DNA of 64,000 nt from Leucoraja erinacea (GCF_028641065.1 NC_073387.1:12524001-12588000), one strand, 5' to 3'; shown: positions 37,971 through 50,018, counted from the first letter of the stretch. The notes: generated by a model from the sequence alone, not told the origin. Numbers and translations: made by a program.

Positions 37971-39964
37971 TCCAAATTCTGAAATCCTTCTTCCCAAACC
38001 TTTTAAACCCAAATTTGCCCTTTTATCTCAGTCAACGAGGGCTCTCCCTGGGAGCATCTTGATGACATTTTCCTGGTAAAAGTACCAGGCAGAATGTTGG
38101 CAATATTGAATTGGCTGCAGGATGCTTTACAATGTTGGTGCACAAGACACTGTGGATATGGAACCTGGCAACTTGCCATTTCAATGTAGGAGTAGATAGG
38201 TGTTGGGGAAAGGGGATTAGTCGATAGTGAAGGCATTGCCACATTAAATCTACTTCAGTGAGAATTCTCAACCCAATCTGATGTCTCTCAATTTCTCAAT
38301 ATATACTTGCATGAGAACCGTTTTTGAAAAAAAGATCCAAGGACACAAACCTTCTGATCATTTTTACTGTTTATCAAACTTACAGAAACTTGCCCTTACA
38401 GCAGAGAATCAAACATCATTTAAAACAGAACATTTATACAGACTCCAGAAGTGACACACTGATCCTGATCCCAGGGAGACAAAGAGGACCACAGGACATA
38501 ATGTACACTTCGTACACAATTTCATGTCGGCTAATGCAAGGAACTATGAGGCAGTACATATGCAAAAAAACTCATTTCACATCTACACTCATTGGCACAG
38601 CTTTAGCAGCATTTCATTTTGTTCACGAGTTCAACTCAATGGCTGAATGTGGGATCTGATCATTTTAATCAGTGACGATCATCAAAAAAAATAAGTGGCA
38701 GGTGAGAAACACAATTTCAATGTAGGAAAAGTTGATAGGTGTTGGGGGGGGGGGGGAAAGGGGGTGCACCATAGGAATTGGTCAATAGTGAAGGCATTAA
38801 AGAAAAGCAAATTATTAAGAATAAATATATCTACAAGTGTGCAAGATAGTGTTAATGCTTAGTTAAACTTAATACAAGTGGATAAAAATATACAGATATG
38901 GTGATCATACATGTGATGATTGCTACAAGGAGCAAATACTGGCCAACAATTCTAATGTGACGAGAGGTTCCTCCCGAGTCACGTGACCACATCCAATTAG
39001 TTACGGAAGAAAGAGATTTAAACATGTTTGAGAATTTCCAGTATCTAGAAGGGGGTTGGAGATTTGTTAACCAAGTGAAATCAATGCAATGTTCCCTAGG
39101 AGGCAGCTCAGTCCCAAATTTTCCAAGTTGATTTGATCCTCACTAAATTAGAGTACGTCAAATGTAAATAGTCCGATTGGAGGCACCAGGTGGTATGGTT
39201 AGGTTTGAAATTCAAGTAAATTAAGGGGACAGGAGGGCAGGGTCAGTAGAGTGGTTCGGGGTGGGGGGGGAATCAAACCGCCTGTTCTGTTTATATTCTT
39301 CCATTCATGAAGAACGCAAGTAGAAAGTGATATCTATTAACTGTCAAGGAGCAGTTTCTCTTCCACACACCATGTAGAGACTAATTTTCATCAATATACA
39401 CAGATTGCCAGTAGCGGCCTTAGCCACTGTTACTTCACTTTAAGCAAAAAGTGAACTTCAAGATGTGTGTTTAATATCTAGTGTGCACGAGGATCAGAGA
39501 TAGCAAGTTTTGATATGACAATGATATCTGGAAAAATTGAATTCTGCAGAATTAAATAGAAAAAAAATTCAGCAATTTCTGATTTAAAACCTTATTGAAA
39601 ACAGTCTCAGCTAAACTCGTAACCAAGAGATTACTACCCACGGATGTTTTTAGGCAGGGCTGGGGAGACATTTCAGCTAGATCAACTTGCAAAGGTATAA
39701 CAAGCACTTGGGCATTCCCCTGTAGAATGCTGTAAACATCAAGAAGTTATTCTCTCCATTCTGCCCCACCACATTATCTAAGCTGTAGATCTCGACAGCC
39801 AAGAGAAACTGCTGAATCTTTTAGAAAAAAAATCACTGGACTAACCAGATACAAAATTCACAAACCAAAATCATATCTCATCCTTTTACTCTGCATAAAG
39901 CAAACCCTTCCTCTATGGTCCGGACTGAAGTCCGTTCTGTCAGGAAAGTATTCGATGTACTTTA

Positions 39965-40087
39965 TCATTGTGTCCAGTGTTTACCATGGCCTCCCCTCAA
40001 GTACCTGAGCAGTTCAAAGGGATCCTCGTCTCCATTTTGGGACGAGCCAAATTGGCATGATTGGCGAGAACCTTGGTCATCTGGCAC
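39965..40087 (-). CDS. slbp2: SLBP2-like gene, last coding exon (VPDDQGSR...DPFELLRYLRGGHGKHWTQ*)
   Basis: Acceptor ttgcattttacag|GTG, phase 0, in frame with exon 42328-42445, TGA at 39965-39967. Confidence 0.7.
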   Translation of the reverse strand: MPDDQGSRQSCQFGSSQNGDEDPFELLRYLRGGHGKHWTQ

Positions 40088-40279
40088 CTGTAAAATGCAA
40101 CACACCTTCAATGCTACAGCAGCCTTTTGTAACTTTAGAATACAATATTGTCAAGTACAAAGTTGATCATTTGGCTGTGTATGCAACAGATATCTTGCAT
40201 TCTTTAAAAGTTTAAATGTACAATCAACAAAAATAATTAGCAATTATAGTAACAGCACTGCGATAGGGTGGACGTCATT

Positions 40280-40760
40280 AAGCTGGAATGAGTTGAGAAG
40301 ATTTACAAGGATGTTGCCAGGACTAGAGGGGCTGGGCTTCCGGGAGAGGCTGGGCAGGCTAGATCTTTATTCCAGGAGGTTGAGGGGTGATCCTGGGCAT
40401 TATAAAATCATGAGGGGGAAATAGATAGGGCAAATGCAGTCTTTTCCCCAGAGTAGAGGAATCGAAAACCAGAGGACCTAGGTTTAAGAGGAGATGGGCA
40501 AGATTTAATAGGAATTGGAGGAACAACTTTTCCACCCCCCCCCCCACACACAGCGAGTAGTAGGCATTTGGAATGAGTTGCTAGTTGAGGCAGCTCCTGT
40601 AACAGCATTTAAGACACTTGGACAGATAAATAGATAAGAACATTTTAGAGGGATATGGGCCAAATGCAGGCAATTAGACTAGCTTACATGGAGCATTTTT
40701 GTCAGCATGGATGAGTTGGGCCAACAGTCTTATTTCTATGATTGTGCTGTATGATTATAA
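40280..40760 (+). mobile_element. Decayed CR1 LINE 3' fragment (intronic)
   Basis: agaagatttacaaggatgttgccaggactagaggg..accagagga..; CR1 3' UTR. Confidence 0.75.
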
Positions 40761-41614
40761 CTAGTGTTGGGCATTCCAGCCAATGTTTACAAGTCTACAG
40801 GAGCAGAGGCATCTCAGCACACATCCAATTTAACAATATCTCTCACTATAGGAAATTCAGATGCTGGGTTCCAAGAAAAGTGCTGTAGTAACAATGAGTC
40901 AAGAAGCATCTCCAGAGAACATGGGTAGTGATGGTTTAGGAGCCTTCTACAGACTGATGGTGGGGGGTGGGGAAGGAGGGAAGAAAGAGAAAGGAAGCTG
41001 GAAGAGAGGCTGGACAAGGCCTGGCAAGTCACAGGAGGGGGGGGGGGGGGGGGACCTTTGACCAACCATTTACTCCTGACAAATCCTCCCACACCTGTAA
41101 CCTGCCAGGATTTGTCCTTCCCCTACCCTCTTTCATCATTCTTTTCCCCTCATGTACAACCAGTCTGAGAAAGAACACGAACCTGAAACGTCACATGTCC
41201 AGGTTCTCCAGAGATGCTGTCCAACCCACTGAGTCACACCAGCACTTTGAATATTTCTTACTGCACAGTTTTTGGCTCTCTACACACCTTCAGAGTTTGT
41301 AGTTACTTAATACATGACCTCAAGTCATTCCGAGTTGACAGAACAGGACCGCTCCCTATTCCTTAATCCTCAACTTCTCCATTATTCAGCTGCCAGCCTT
41401 CACTCACCCTAGTCATCTTTCCTAGAAGATATTACTTGAGAAAATATTGGCAGAAGTAGGAAACCAATAGGTTTTCCTTGAAACGTAGTATAAACCACAA
41501 TTAAAAAGAGACCAAAATTAAATAAAGGGAAGATGCAAACCACAAAAATGTTTTGTCATCCAATGATATTTGGATTTGAGTACACTCCTCTCCTTTGATG
41601 CACTATTGAGATGT

Positions 41615-41925
41615 TATAACCATATAACAATTACAGCACGGAAACAGGCCATCTCGACCCTTCTAGACCGTGCCGAACACATAATCTCTTCTAGTCCCAT
41701 ATACCTGCGCTCAGACAATAACCCTCCATTCCCTTCCATATAACTATCCAATTTATTTTTAAATGGTAAAAACGAACCTGCCTCCACCACCTTCACTGGA
41801 AGCTCATTCCACACAGCTATCACTCTCCGAGTAACGAAGTTCCCCCTCATGTTACCCCTAAACTTCAGTCTCTTAATTCTCAAGTCATGTCCCCTTGTTT
41901 GAATCTTCCCTACTCTCAGTGGGAA
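41615..41925 (-). mobile_element. CR1 LINE 3' fragment (intronic)
   Basis: FPLRVGKIQTRGHDLRIK..VWNELP. Confidence 0.88.
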
Positions 41926-42327
41926 GATGTTATGTTGAGGCATGCCCCAAATTACACCCCTCCTCAACCCCTCATACACATACACCACCCTTTGGCTTTA
42001 CATTTCACTCCTTTCTTTAGCCGACCCCCTCTGTATCATTGTCACCTCCAGCCTGTCACTTACTCCACCCATCTGCTAATCAAACCCCACCCTACCAATA
42101 TCCACCCATCGAGTTCTTCCAGCACTGTATTTTGCAGCTGTTCTTTGATGCCCTTCAGAAAACTAGCAACTAATTACCCTAATATTTCCTCCTCTCACTC
42201 AGCATCTTTTTGTTTAAGTCTCCAAAAGCATTTGACATGTTTAAGAACACTGCACAAATGGGATTAGTGCATTAGACACACCAGACGTTGGATCCAATCT
42301 TTACAGGAGATCAAAACACCAGCTTAC

Positions 42328-42445
42328 CGATGGCAAAGTATGCCTTGCATTTAGGCTCGCATACCCCAGGGGACCAAACCATTGTTCAAATGGTCTCTTG
42401 GTCATGTTCATGCCATGGAGCGGAGTCCATATACCCATGCCAGGT
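42328..42445 (-). CDS. slbp2: SLBP2-like gene, coding exon (PGMGIWTPLHG...RHTLPS)
   Basis: cattttcag acceptor and gtaagc donor; 118 nt, phase 2 to 0, keeps the frame open. Confidence 0.72.
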
Positions 42446-43249
42446 CTGAAAATGAATTGTGGCAGAGAGCTTAATCTACTTGATTAATTACAGGAACAAA
42501 CAAAAAGCAAGCAATAAATTAAATTACAAGCTTCAGTCATAAACAATGTGCTGAAAACACTCAGCAGTGCTGGATGCATCTGTGGGAAGAAACAGTTGAT
42601 GTTTCAGTTCCAAGATCCTTCAGAACTGGGAAAGAGAAACAGGTCAGTTTTCAGTATCAGAAAGTTGGAGGGATGCATAAAGAACAAAAAATCCCTGATA
42701 AGGTAAGACTAAATGAGCTAACGTGGTAATTAGAAAACCAACCTCCTGAATTGGCTGCATCTCCAGCCAACCTGTTACAGAACAGTTATAGTGAAGGCAT
42801 CTATCCAGTGTGATGTCAATTTCAAGAAGCCACATAAACCAATCTGAAGAAAGGTCCCAACCCAAAATGTCACCTATCCACTTTACTTTACTACACAAGT
42901 TACTTTAAAAAAAACAAAAACAATCCCTAGTACTACTAGTTAGACAGCTTGGGCAATATTTTCAGATCAGCTAAGTGAAAACGTTGACAGACATCAACTT
43001 CACTCAATAATCTACTCATTGTTGCAAGAGTTTGTTTTGTGAGGGCACTGCTTGAAACATTAGTCTAAGCATGGGCCAAATTCTAGAAGAGAAAGACATT
43101 TGACAGCAAGCCATCATGGGGGTCTAATATTGGAATTATAGCCCCACAGATAGTTGTAATACAAGGTTAACCATTCCACTCCCCACCTACACTGCACTAA
43201 TGCCTCAGGTCAATATTTGAGATTTTTTTAATTGGCTTCAGTGATCTTC

Positions 43250-44095
43250 CATCACAATGCAAGAGGCGAGTGATGTTTGCACAATGATCAATTCCCTTCA
43301 TGGCTCTCAGCAAGCAAGCTGCAGACAGCATTCAGAGTGAGCTGCAAATGGCAGGCAATATCTATGCTGCTGAAGTATGGGACAATGATAATCTCCAATC
43401 AGAGGGAGTCTCATCACCCACCTTTGATATTTATCAGAATCACTATTGCAGATATCTCCATTATTAGCATCCAGGATTGTGCCACAACGAGAAACTCACA
43501 TGGACCAACTATGGTGGCTATAAGAGTGGGTTGGACACTGGGCAATATGTGCCAAGTAATTCACATTCAAATGTCCAAATGAAAAAATAAAATCAATCCA
43601 TCTACTAAACAAATCAGGATCATTCAATATTTTCACTTGGCTGAACGAATGAAATTCAAGATTCAAAATTCAAGAGAATTTATTGTCATGTGTCCCTGAT
43701 AGGACAATGAAATTCTTGCTTTGCTTCAGCACAACAGAACATAGTAGGCATGACTATTCAGCCACATCATGGACATAGATTTCTTGATCGGTCTCCCATC
43801 CACAACCAAAAATCACTTGTACCACTGCCACAGTGCCTACAGCAGGTGAATGGGGGGCAAGGGAGTGGGGTGGTGGAAGAAATAAACAAACACTTTGAGG
43901 TTGTCCACCAAGTCATGCACCATTCAGACTCAAAAATGCATCTCAAGCTGTTCAACATTACTGGATCCCAAATTCTGAAACTCATGCCCCAGTGGGAATG
44001 TCTTCACCAGAATGACTGCAGCTGTTTAAGACATCATCTCAACACTATCCAAGAACATTGATTGACAGGCAATAAAAACTAGCGTTTTCAGCAGC
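43250..44095 (+). mobile_element. Highly decayed L2/CR1-group LINE relic (similar relic at ~19930-20420)
   Basis: Degenerate RT-region and 3' UTR similarity, recognised by eye only. Confidence 0.4.
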
Positions 44096-44603
44096 ACCCT
44101 ATCGCAGTAAAATCAAAACACCATTACTAAGTGGCAAAGAGCAAAGGTCGCAGAAATCTAAGCAGCACAGACAAACAAGTACACTTCAGAGGAATTTTCC
44201 AGTTACACTCCCAGGGTTGTTAGTTTTGGCACTTTTCCAGTTACCACCTGCCTGAAGGCATTACAATGCAATGGGAGGAGTTACCCATCCTTTAGAATAG
44301 CATGCAGAGAAAATTGTTTTGGATAAATGGGGCGCAGAACAAGAAATCCAACCTTGAAATGAGATCAGGCATTCAATAGCAAAATGTTGAGGAGGCATGT
44401 AATGTAAAGAATGGTGGCAAATTAGGTCTTAATCCACCCCACACCCACTTTCAAAAGGTATGCCAATAAGAGATGGTGGAATGAAGCCCAGTTAAATGTG
44501 GTTAAGATAACCATTAATTATCCAAGACTAGCATTCCAAGTTGCTCACTCCTTTCCAATTGCTCTGCAGATTAACATTCATCTCCTAACAATATTTTACA
44601 TAC

Positions 44604-44753
44604 ACTGATTTCAGGCTGTCCTCTTGCTCAAATGGTGGGTCCCAAGTATGAAGCGCCTTCCTCCATAGTCGGATCTGCTTATCCCAGGAGCGGCGGCTGT
44701 ACTTCTTGTACTTATTAGGAGTCTGTGGGTGTATTCCTGGCACTCGGAGTCTC
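44604..44753 (-). CDS. slbp2: SLBP2-like gene, RNA-binding domain exon 2 ([40 protein letters not shown]...)
   Basis: Unmistakable SLBP RBD motifs HPxTPNK and YSRRSWD..I.LW...LH.WDPP; acceptor ttttgaaag, donor gtatgt; 150 nt. Confidence 0.95.
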
Positions 44754-45454
44754 CTTTCAAAAGTAAAGGAAAAATATTTTCAACTCCATGTTGTTATAAA
44801 GTTAAAAAGCCAGCACTTGCAGGTAACAGCAATTGATTATCTCATCTTTATCACAGCTGCAGATCGCAACATGTAACTGAGCAGATCAAATGGTACTCCT
44901 ACACAACTTGCCATTCAATCTTCATGTGCAACTCCGACAACAAAGTAGATGCCACATTACAGATTAGATAAGGAATCGGCTTGTTGGAGGGAAGATATTA
45001 ACATTAGTGCTAGCTTAGGTACTCGTTCAATTTTCCTTATTTATTAAAAAATTAAAGACATTTTGAATCCTCAGGAATGTGAAAGGTTATCCTGTTCAAC
45101 TGCAGATATAGTCATTTTTCTCCCACCCAATTTTGATATCTTATAACACAAAGTTAACCTACAGTGATCAAGATATAGGGATAGATATTTTAAAAAAAAG
45201 ACAAAACAAGCTTTTCGCATCTGTTGATAAACAATCCATGTAATCAATGACCACAAAAGAAACATTCAAGAGACTTGAATTGCTACTGCAGTGCATCAAG
45301 GGCGGCACATGTTCAACATCATCCCAACCACTATTTTCCATGTCAGTCCCAGGTATCACAATTCCCCAGAAGTAAAACACAATAACGATTTTGTCATGCA
45401 ACAGAATCTCCAACCAAAAGGCCCTTTATTTAAAAAATTAAAAAAAAGACTTGC

Positions 45455-45613
45455 TTCTGAACTTCTTGCTGATATCTTGGATAGGCAGGTGTGTTCTTCC
45501 CGTAATCGATCTGCTTCTGTCGTCTCTTCAGCACAGTGTCATCAGTTTCAACGTCTGCTGGCTCATATCCTACAGCTGCAGAGTCACAAGTCTGTGATGA
45601 CAAACTCCAGCAT
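45455..45613 (-). CDS. slbp2: SLBP2-like gene, RNA-binding domain exon 1 (..[32 protein letters not shown])
   Basis: SLBP motif ETD..VL.RRQKQI.YGKNT; acceptor catttacag; frame requires a GC donor (AA|gcaagt); 159 nt. Confidence 0.93.
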
Positions 45614-46918
45614 CTGTAAATGCAGGGGAGAAACCACCTTAAATAGGCCTCAATTTCAAGCAACACATGTCAGATTTGTGCAGCAAAATACCATCTCGTT
45701 AGTTCTCACGGAGGCCTGGATCGCCTCAGCACAGAGGGAGAGCAGAGAGGGAAGAGACAATAAGACTTTAAGAATTTTGCCTTCCATCACAGCGAGGAGG
45801 TGCCTGGTGAACTCACTGTGGTGGATGTTAAATTTGTGTTTATTGTGTGTTTTGTTATTTTATTATATGTATGACTGCAAGACAACATTTCGTTCAGACC
45901 GTAAGGTCTGAATGACAATAAAGGATACTTTGACTTTGAATCAGCTTGTGTGGGAACCAAATGCATGTTCTTATTTTTTCCTCAAGTGATGGTATCACAC
46001 AATAGATACGTCATGCCATTGATATTGTGCATGAAGTGTTCTGTGCCAACCGATTTCAAGCAACCGTGATGATACACTGACCTTTGCCACTGGTCACTAT
46101 CAATATGAAGTCCCAGTGTTGATCTTATCCAGAGTCAATATTAAAAATAACAGTATTTACAGCTCAAATCACATCAAGTTCACTAGGACACCATGGACGA
46201 TTTTTAAAGCATGAGCATCTCAAAGTGGTGTGAACATTTGTGCATGTTTGAGGTGGTATGTTAGCTATGCTAGCACGAGGACTTGACGATTGGAAGCCTC
46301 ACACTTCATTCTGGAGAGAACGCAGTCAAATCATTCTCAGTTGGCTAATCAAGCTAAATACATTAGGAATGGTATTTGCCACCAAATAACCAGAGAAAGT
46401 TTAACCCAGGATTAGATGTGCAGGAGGGAAGTGCAGATGCTGGTTTACACTGAAGATAACTCAGCAAGACAGAGATACTCTAGCATTTTGTATCTATCCC
46501 CAGGATTAGATTTTGGCTCGGATGCAAGAACATTGTGATTTTGACAGAACGATGTCCTATTATGGGAAAGCGCCCGACATCAAAAGGAAAGCAAAAACAC
46601 TAACTTTTACTCCAACCAAGTATAAAAAAAAAACCCCTTTCCCCTCCTCTCCCCCCCTTCTCCCCCCTCTCTCTGTTCCCTCCCTTTTCTTCCCTTCTCC
46701 CTCCCCCTTTTTCCTCCTCCCCTTCCTCCCCCCCCCCTTCTCTTCCCCCATTTCCTTGCTAAATGGAGAAGTGCAATTTTCCCCATTTCAACCACGTCAA
46801 TGGCAGCAAAACCTGTTCCAACAGTCACCCTTACTCTGTGGGCATAACCAATGCTCTCTACTTAAAGTCAAGACATACAGTTTTTATTAAATACAGCAAG
46901 TGTTTGAGACATACTAAC

Positions 46919-47002
46919 TTTTTCTCCCAGTTCCATCCTTGGTTGGGTTCAGTTTCTGTACCTACTCCAATGCTGGCTGTTCGTGGGGTATAAACTTCTG
47001 GC
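46919..47002 (-). CDS. slbp2: SLBP2-like gene, coding exon (PEVYTPRTASIGVGTETEPNQGWNWEK)
   Basis: ttgttcattag acceptor, gttagt donor, 84 nt phase 2-2; RPEVYTP resembles SLBP RPESFTTP. Confidence 0.7.
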
Positions 47003-47413
47003 CTAATGAACAACATTTACAGGTTATATCCGAGGGGACAACAGCAAATTCTACCTTAAATAACTTATCAACATTCATAATGAAGCATTTTGGGGAAAAG
47101 TTTCAGATTCTAATTTTCTTTTCGAGTAAAGTTTTCCCAATATGTAGGGCTTGATACCCAGGTGTAATGAAAATGAAGTACCTTTCCGATATTATATACA
47201 GTGAATAGAACAAGTTCTGAATTACTCCAAGCTGCTGGAATTACAGTATCTATGCAGCCGCAATTTCTACCCCCACCCAAATTATCTTTTGCAAGTAGAT
47301 TAGGATACATTTAGCCTTTTAAAAACAAACAGCAAACAAGCTCAAAAAGAAGGTACACAAAAATGCTGGAGAAACTCAGCGGGTGCAGCAGCATCTATGG
47401 AGCGAAGGAAATA

Positions 47414-47447
47414 GGTAACGTTTCGGGCCGAAACCCTTCTTCAGACT
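47414..47447 (-). ncRNA. Minimal type I hammerhead ribozyme motif in a Penelope-derived repeat (best-preserved copy seen)
   Basis: Minus strand: AGT-CTGAAGA-A-GGGTT-TC-GGCCC-GAAAC-GTT-ACC; catalytic core and stem II intact, very short stems I and III. Confidence 0.6.
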
Positions 47448-47683
47448 CCGAGTAACTCCGAGTTACAAGCACGATGATAAATGTGATATTAAGCTCAAAA
47501 ATAAATCCTTTTCATGGAATACACCAGACGAGACGGAATTCCTCATCAACACTCAGGATATCCAAAGTTACCATACATTTGATTTGCCTTCACCTTACTT
47601 TGGATGCAAACAGAACCCTGTTGTAAAACAAGTAATATGTTGAGCTACACCATCACTGTCCAAAAAAAAAAATCTTCCCCTTT

Positions 47684-47721
<38 letters not shown>

Positions 47722-47737
47722 GGGAGAAAGTCACCAG

Positions 47738-48160
47738 CTTAGTTTTGTGAAACAGCATGGAAACATGCCCTTCAGCCCACCGCGTCCGTTCCAACCAACA
47801 ATCCCTGCACATTAATACTATACTGCACACACTAGGGACAATTTACACTTATACCAAGCCAATTCCCAACTCAAACAACAATCTGAACTTTATAGCGTAT
47901 TGCACCATATATACATACATTCAATGATATATGGACCCACTGATCTGTTCTGAATGTATTTATGCCTACAATATTCTGTTGTGTTGAAGCAAAAATGTCA
48001 TTGTCCGATCTGGGACACATGACAATAAACTCCTGAATCTTGAATTAACCTACATACTTGTATGTATTTGGAGTTTCGGAGGAAACCAAAGATCTCTGAG
48101 AAAACCCATGGAGGTCATCGGGAGAACGTACAAACACCATACACACAGCACCCGTAGTTA
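47738..48160 (-). mobile_element. HE1-type SINE interrupted by a Rex1-type 3' fragment (~47865-48042)
   Basis: SINE tail at 47738-47863, SINE core resumes ~48043; insert ends stem-loop-TGACAATAAA. Confidence 0.65.
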
Positions 48161-49078
48161 AAAACAGTCTGAATCTTAACTTTTCAGTTTATAATTATTT
48201 TATCAGTCTTAACTAGTCATTACATCCATTGACCATATCATATTTGGATGAAGGAGGAAATACACTAAATCTATTGCCTGTAGGAGCGCCAGTCAAATAA
48301 TAGCCAAGATGACAACAGTCATTCTCCAAATAGACTGTCCACCATCAATGGGGTGCACTAACCAAAATGACCAGTGTTTACAAAACCAGTAAGATAGACA
48401 CAAAATGCTGGAGTGACCCAGTGGGTCAGGCAGCACCTCTGGAGAAAAGGAAGAGGTGATATTTCAGGTCGAGACCTTTCTACAAACTGAGAGTCAAAGG
48501 AGAGGGAAACTAGAGGCATGAACAAGAACAAATCAGAACAGGCACAAATGGCCAAGGAGCCCACAATGGTCCTTTGTTGGCTGTGGAGGAGGAGATAAAA
48601 AAGATATTCGAACAGTGAAACTAGCAGGACAACTAGGGTGGGGGAAGGGACAGTCTCTTAAGAGACTGGACATACTGCAGTTGTAAAAAAAAAACAAAAA
48701 CTGGGGAAATGAAAGACATTAGTCCTTTACAAAATATAGAATTTTGGTCTGAAGAAGGGGGCCCCGACCCAAAACATAACCTGTCCATCCCCTTAATGGA
48801 TGCTACCACGACCCAGCATGTTCCTCCAATACTTTGTGTTTTGCCTAGAATTCTACTTGTCTGCTGGCTTATGTCACTGCTGAGCTCCGAGTTGCAAGCA
48901 CAATGATTAATATGATGTTAAACACAGGTGAAATAAAGAGTTCATCGTGAATATCTGGTTAGTTTTCAAACAAAAAAACATCCATGGATTTTTCTGGTAT
49001 ATTCAGAATTAGTTACATACTGATAATGCAAAAGCACACTGAAACATTCCTGATTAATACAATACATCATTTTAATAC

Positions 49079-49177
49079 CTTTTCACTGCCCAGTGGGCAG
49101 GGTTAACTTCTGGCATTGCTGCCGCACCAATACTTCCAAAGTCCAGCCATGGAATGTGGGCATTTCTAATAGGGAGG
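49079..49177 (-). CDS. slbp2: SLBP2-like gene, probable N-terminal coding exon (LPIRNAHIPWLDFG...HWAVKR)
   Basis: gatttttgcag acceptor, AAG|gtatta donor, 99 nt phase 2-2; only this frame is open and it joins the next exon in frame. Confidence 0.6.
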
Positions 49178-50018
49178 CTGCAAAAATCCAACACATTTTT
49201 ACATTAGTTTCTTGGGTGATATATAATTTTTTTTTAAAGGGGATAAGTTTAAATGTTAGGGGATCAGAACTGAAGTAGCTGCATATCAGTCAATTGCTGA
49301 AGATACTCAGTGAAGGGCAATGAGATGATAGTGTAAATTAACCGTTTATATAATTGGTGATGTAGGTAGGAACTACAGAACACCAGCATTTCCCAACTCT
49401 TCACCCACGGAGTCTGTCAAGTTGTACGACTGACTCATACAACAGGAACTGCTCACAATTCTTTTAAACTCCTGTCACCTGGAAAATGTTTTGCAGTCAT
49501 CAAGTTTTAAACTGTCATCGAACATATAATCAAAAGGAGATGAAAGATCAGAACTCCACTATTTTACTGAATACATATTTTGAAGTAGATTTCACATAAT
49601 ACAAACCGCAAGAGCTACTCAGTCATCATCTTTTATCACAAATCTCTTTCTTGCTAACATTTATTAGTCCACATGCAAGATAGTAGGTGGCATAAGTGGA
49701 GGAGTCAAATCACTTGGAGTTGGTCACATTGCACAGAAACAAGCCCTTCTGCCCCACTTTATCAATAGTCACAAATTAGACTAATCCTTAAACTCTTAGA
49801 GAGTCAATAACTAATTCTGAGCCAGAAGAAAAATCAAGGTAATTTTAATAATTTCCCGTCTTAAAAGACAGATTTCATTAGCAAAGCAACAATTAAATTA
49901 AAACTACCCACTAGGTGGTAGCACTGCTTGAAATTACAAGGTTGCTGCAGATGAGTACTTTATGTGAAAAATTACTTCAACCAATTCATAACTCAACAAC
50001 TGCCAAGCACAAAGATAC

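Noticed and set aside
39420-39600. Possible slbp2 poly(A) signals and CPE-like motifs (ATTAAA ~39470, AATAAG ~39591 on minus)
   Set aside because: Short AT-rich matches expected by chance; the 3' end cannot be fixed from sequence alone
45291-45911. 206-aa plus-strand ORF
   Set aside because: Antisense to the slbp2 RBD exon and runs into a retroposon fragment; no recognisable protein
47182-47315. Apparent exon (aaag acceptor, AAG|gtactt donor) with ORF MYPNLLAKD
   Set aside because: 134 nt and out of phase with neighbouring slbp2 exons, introducing a stop; cannot be supported without RNA data
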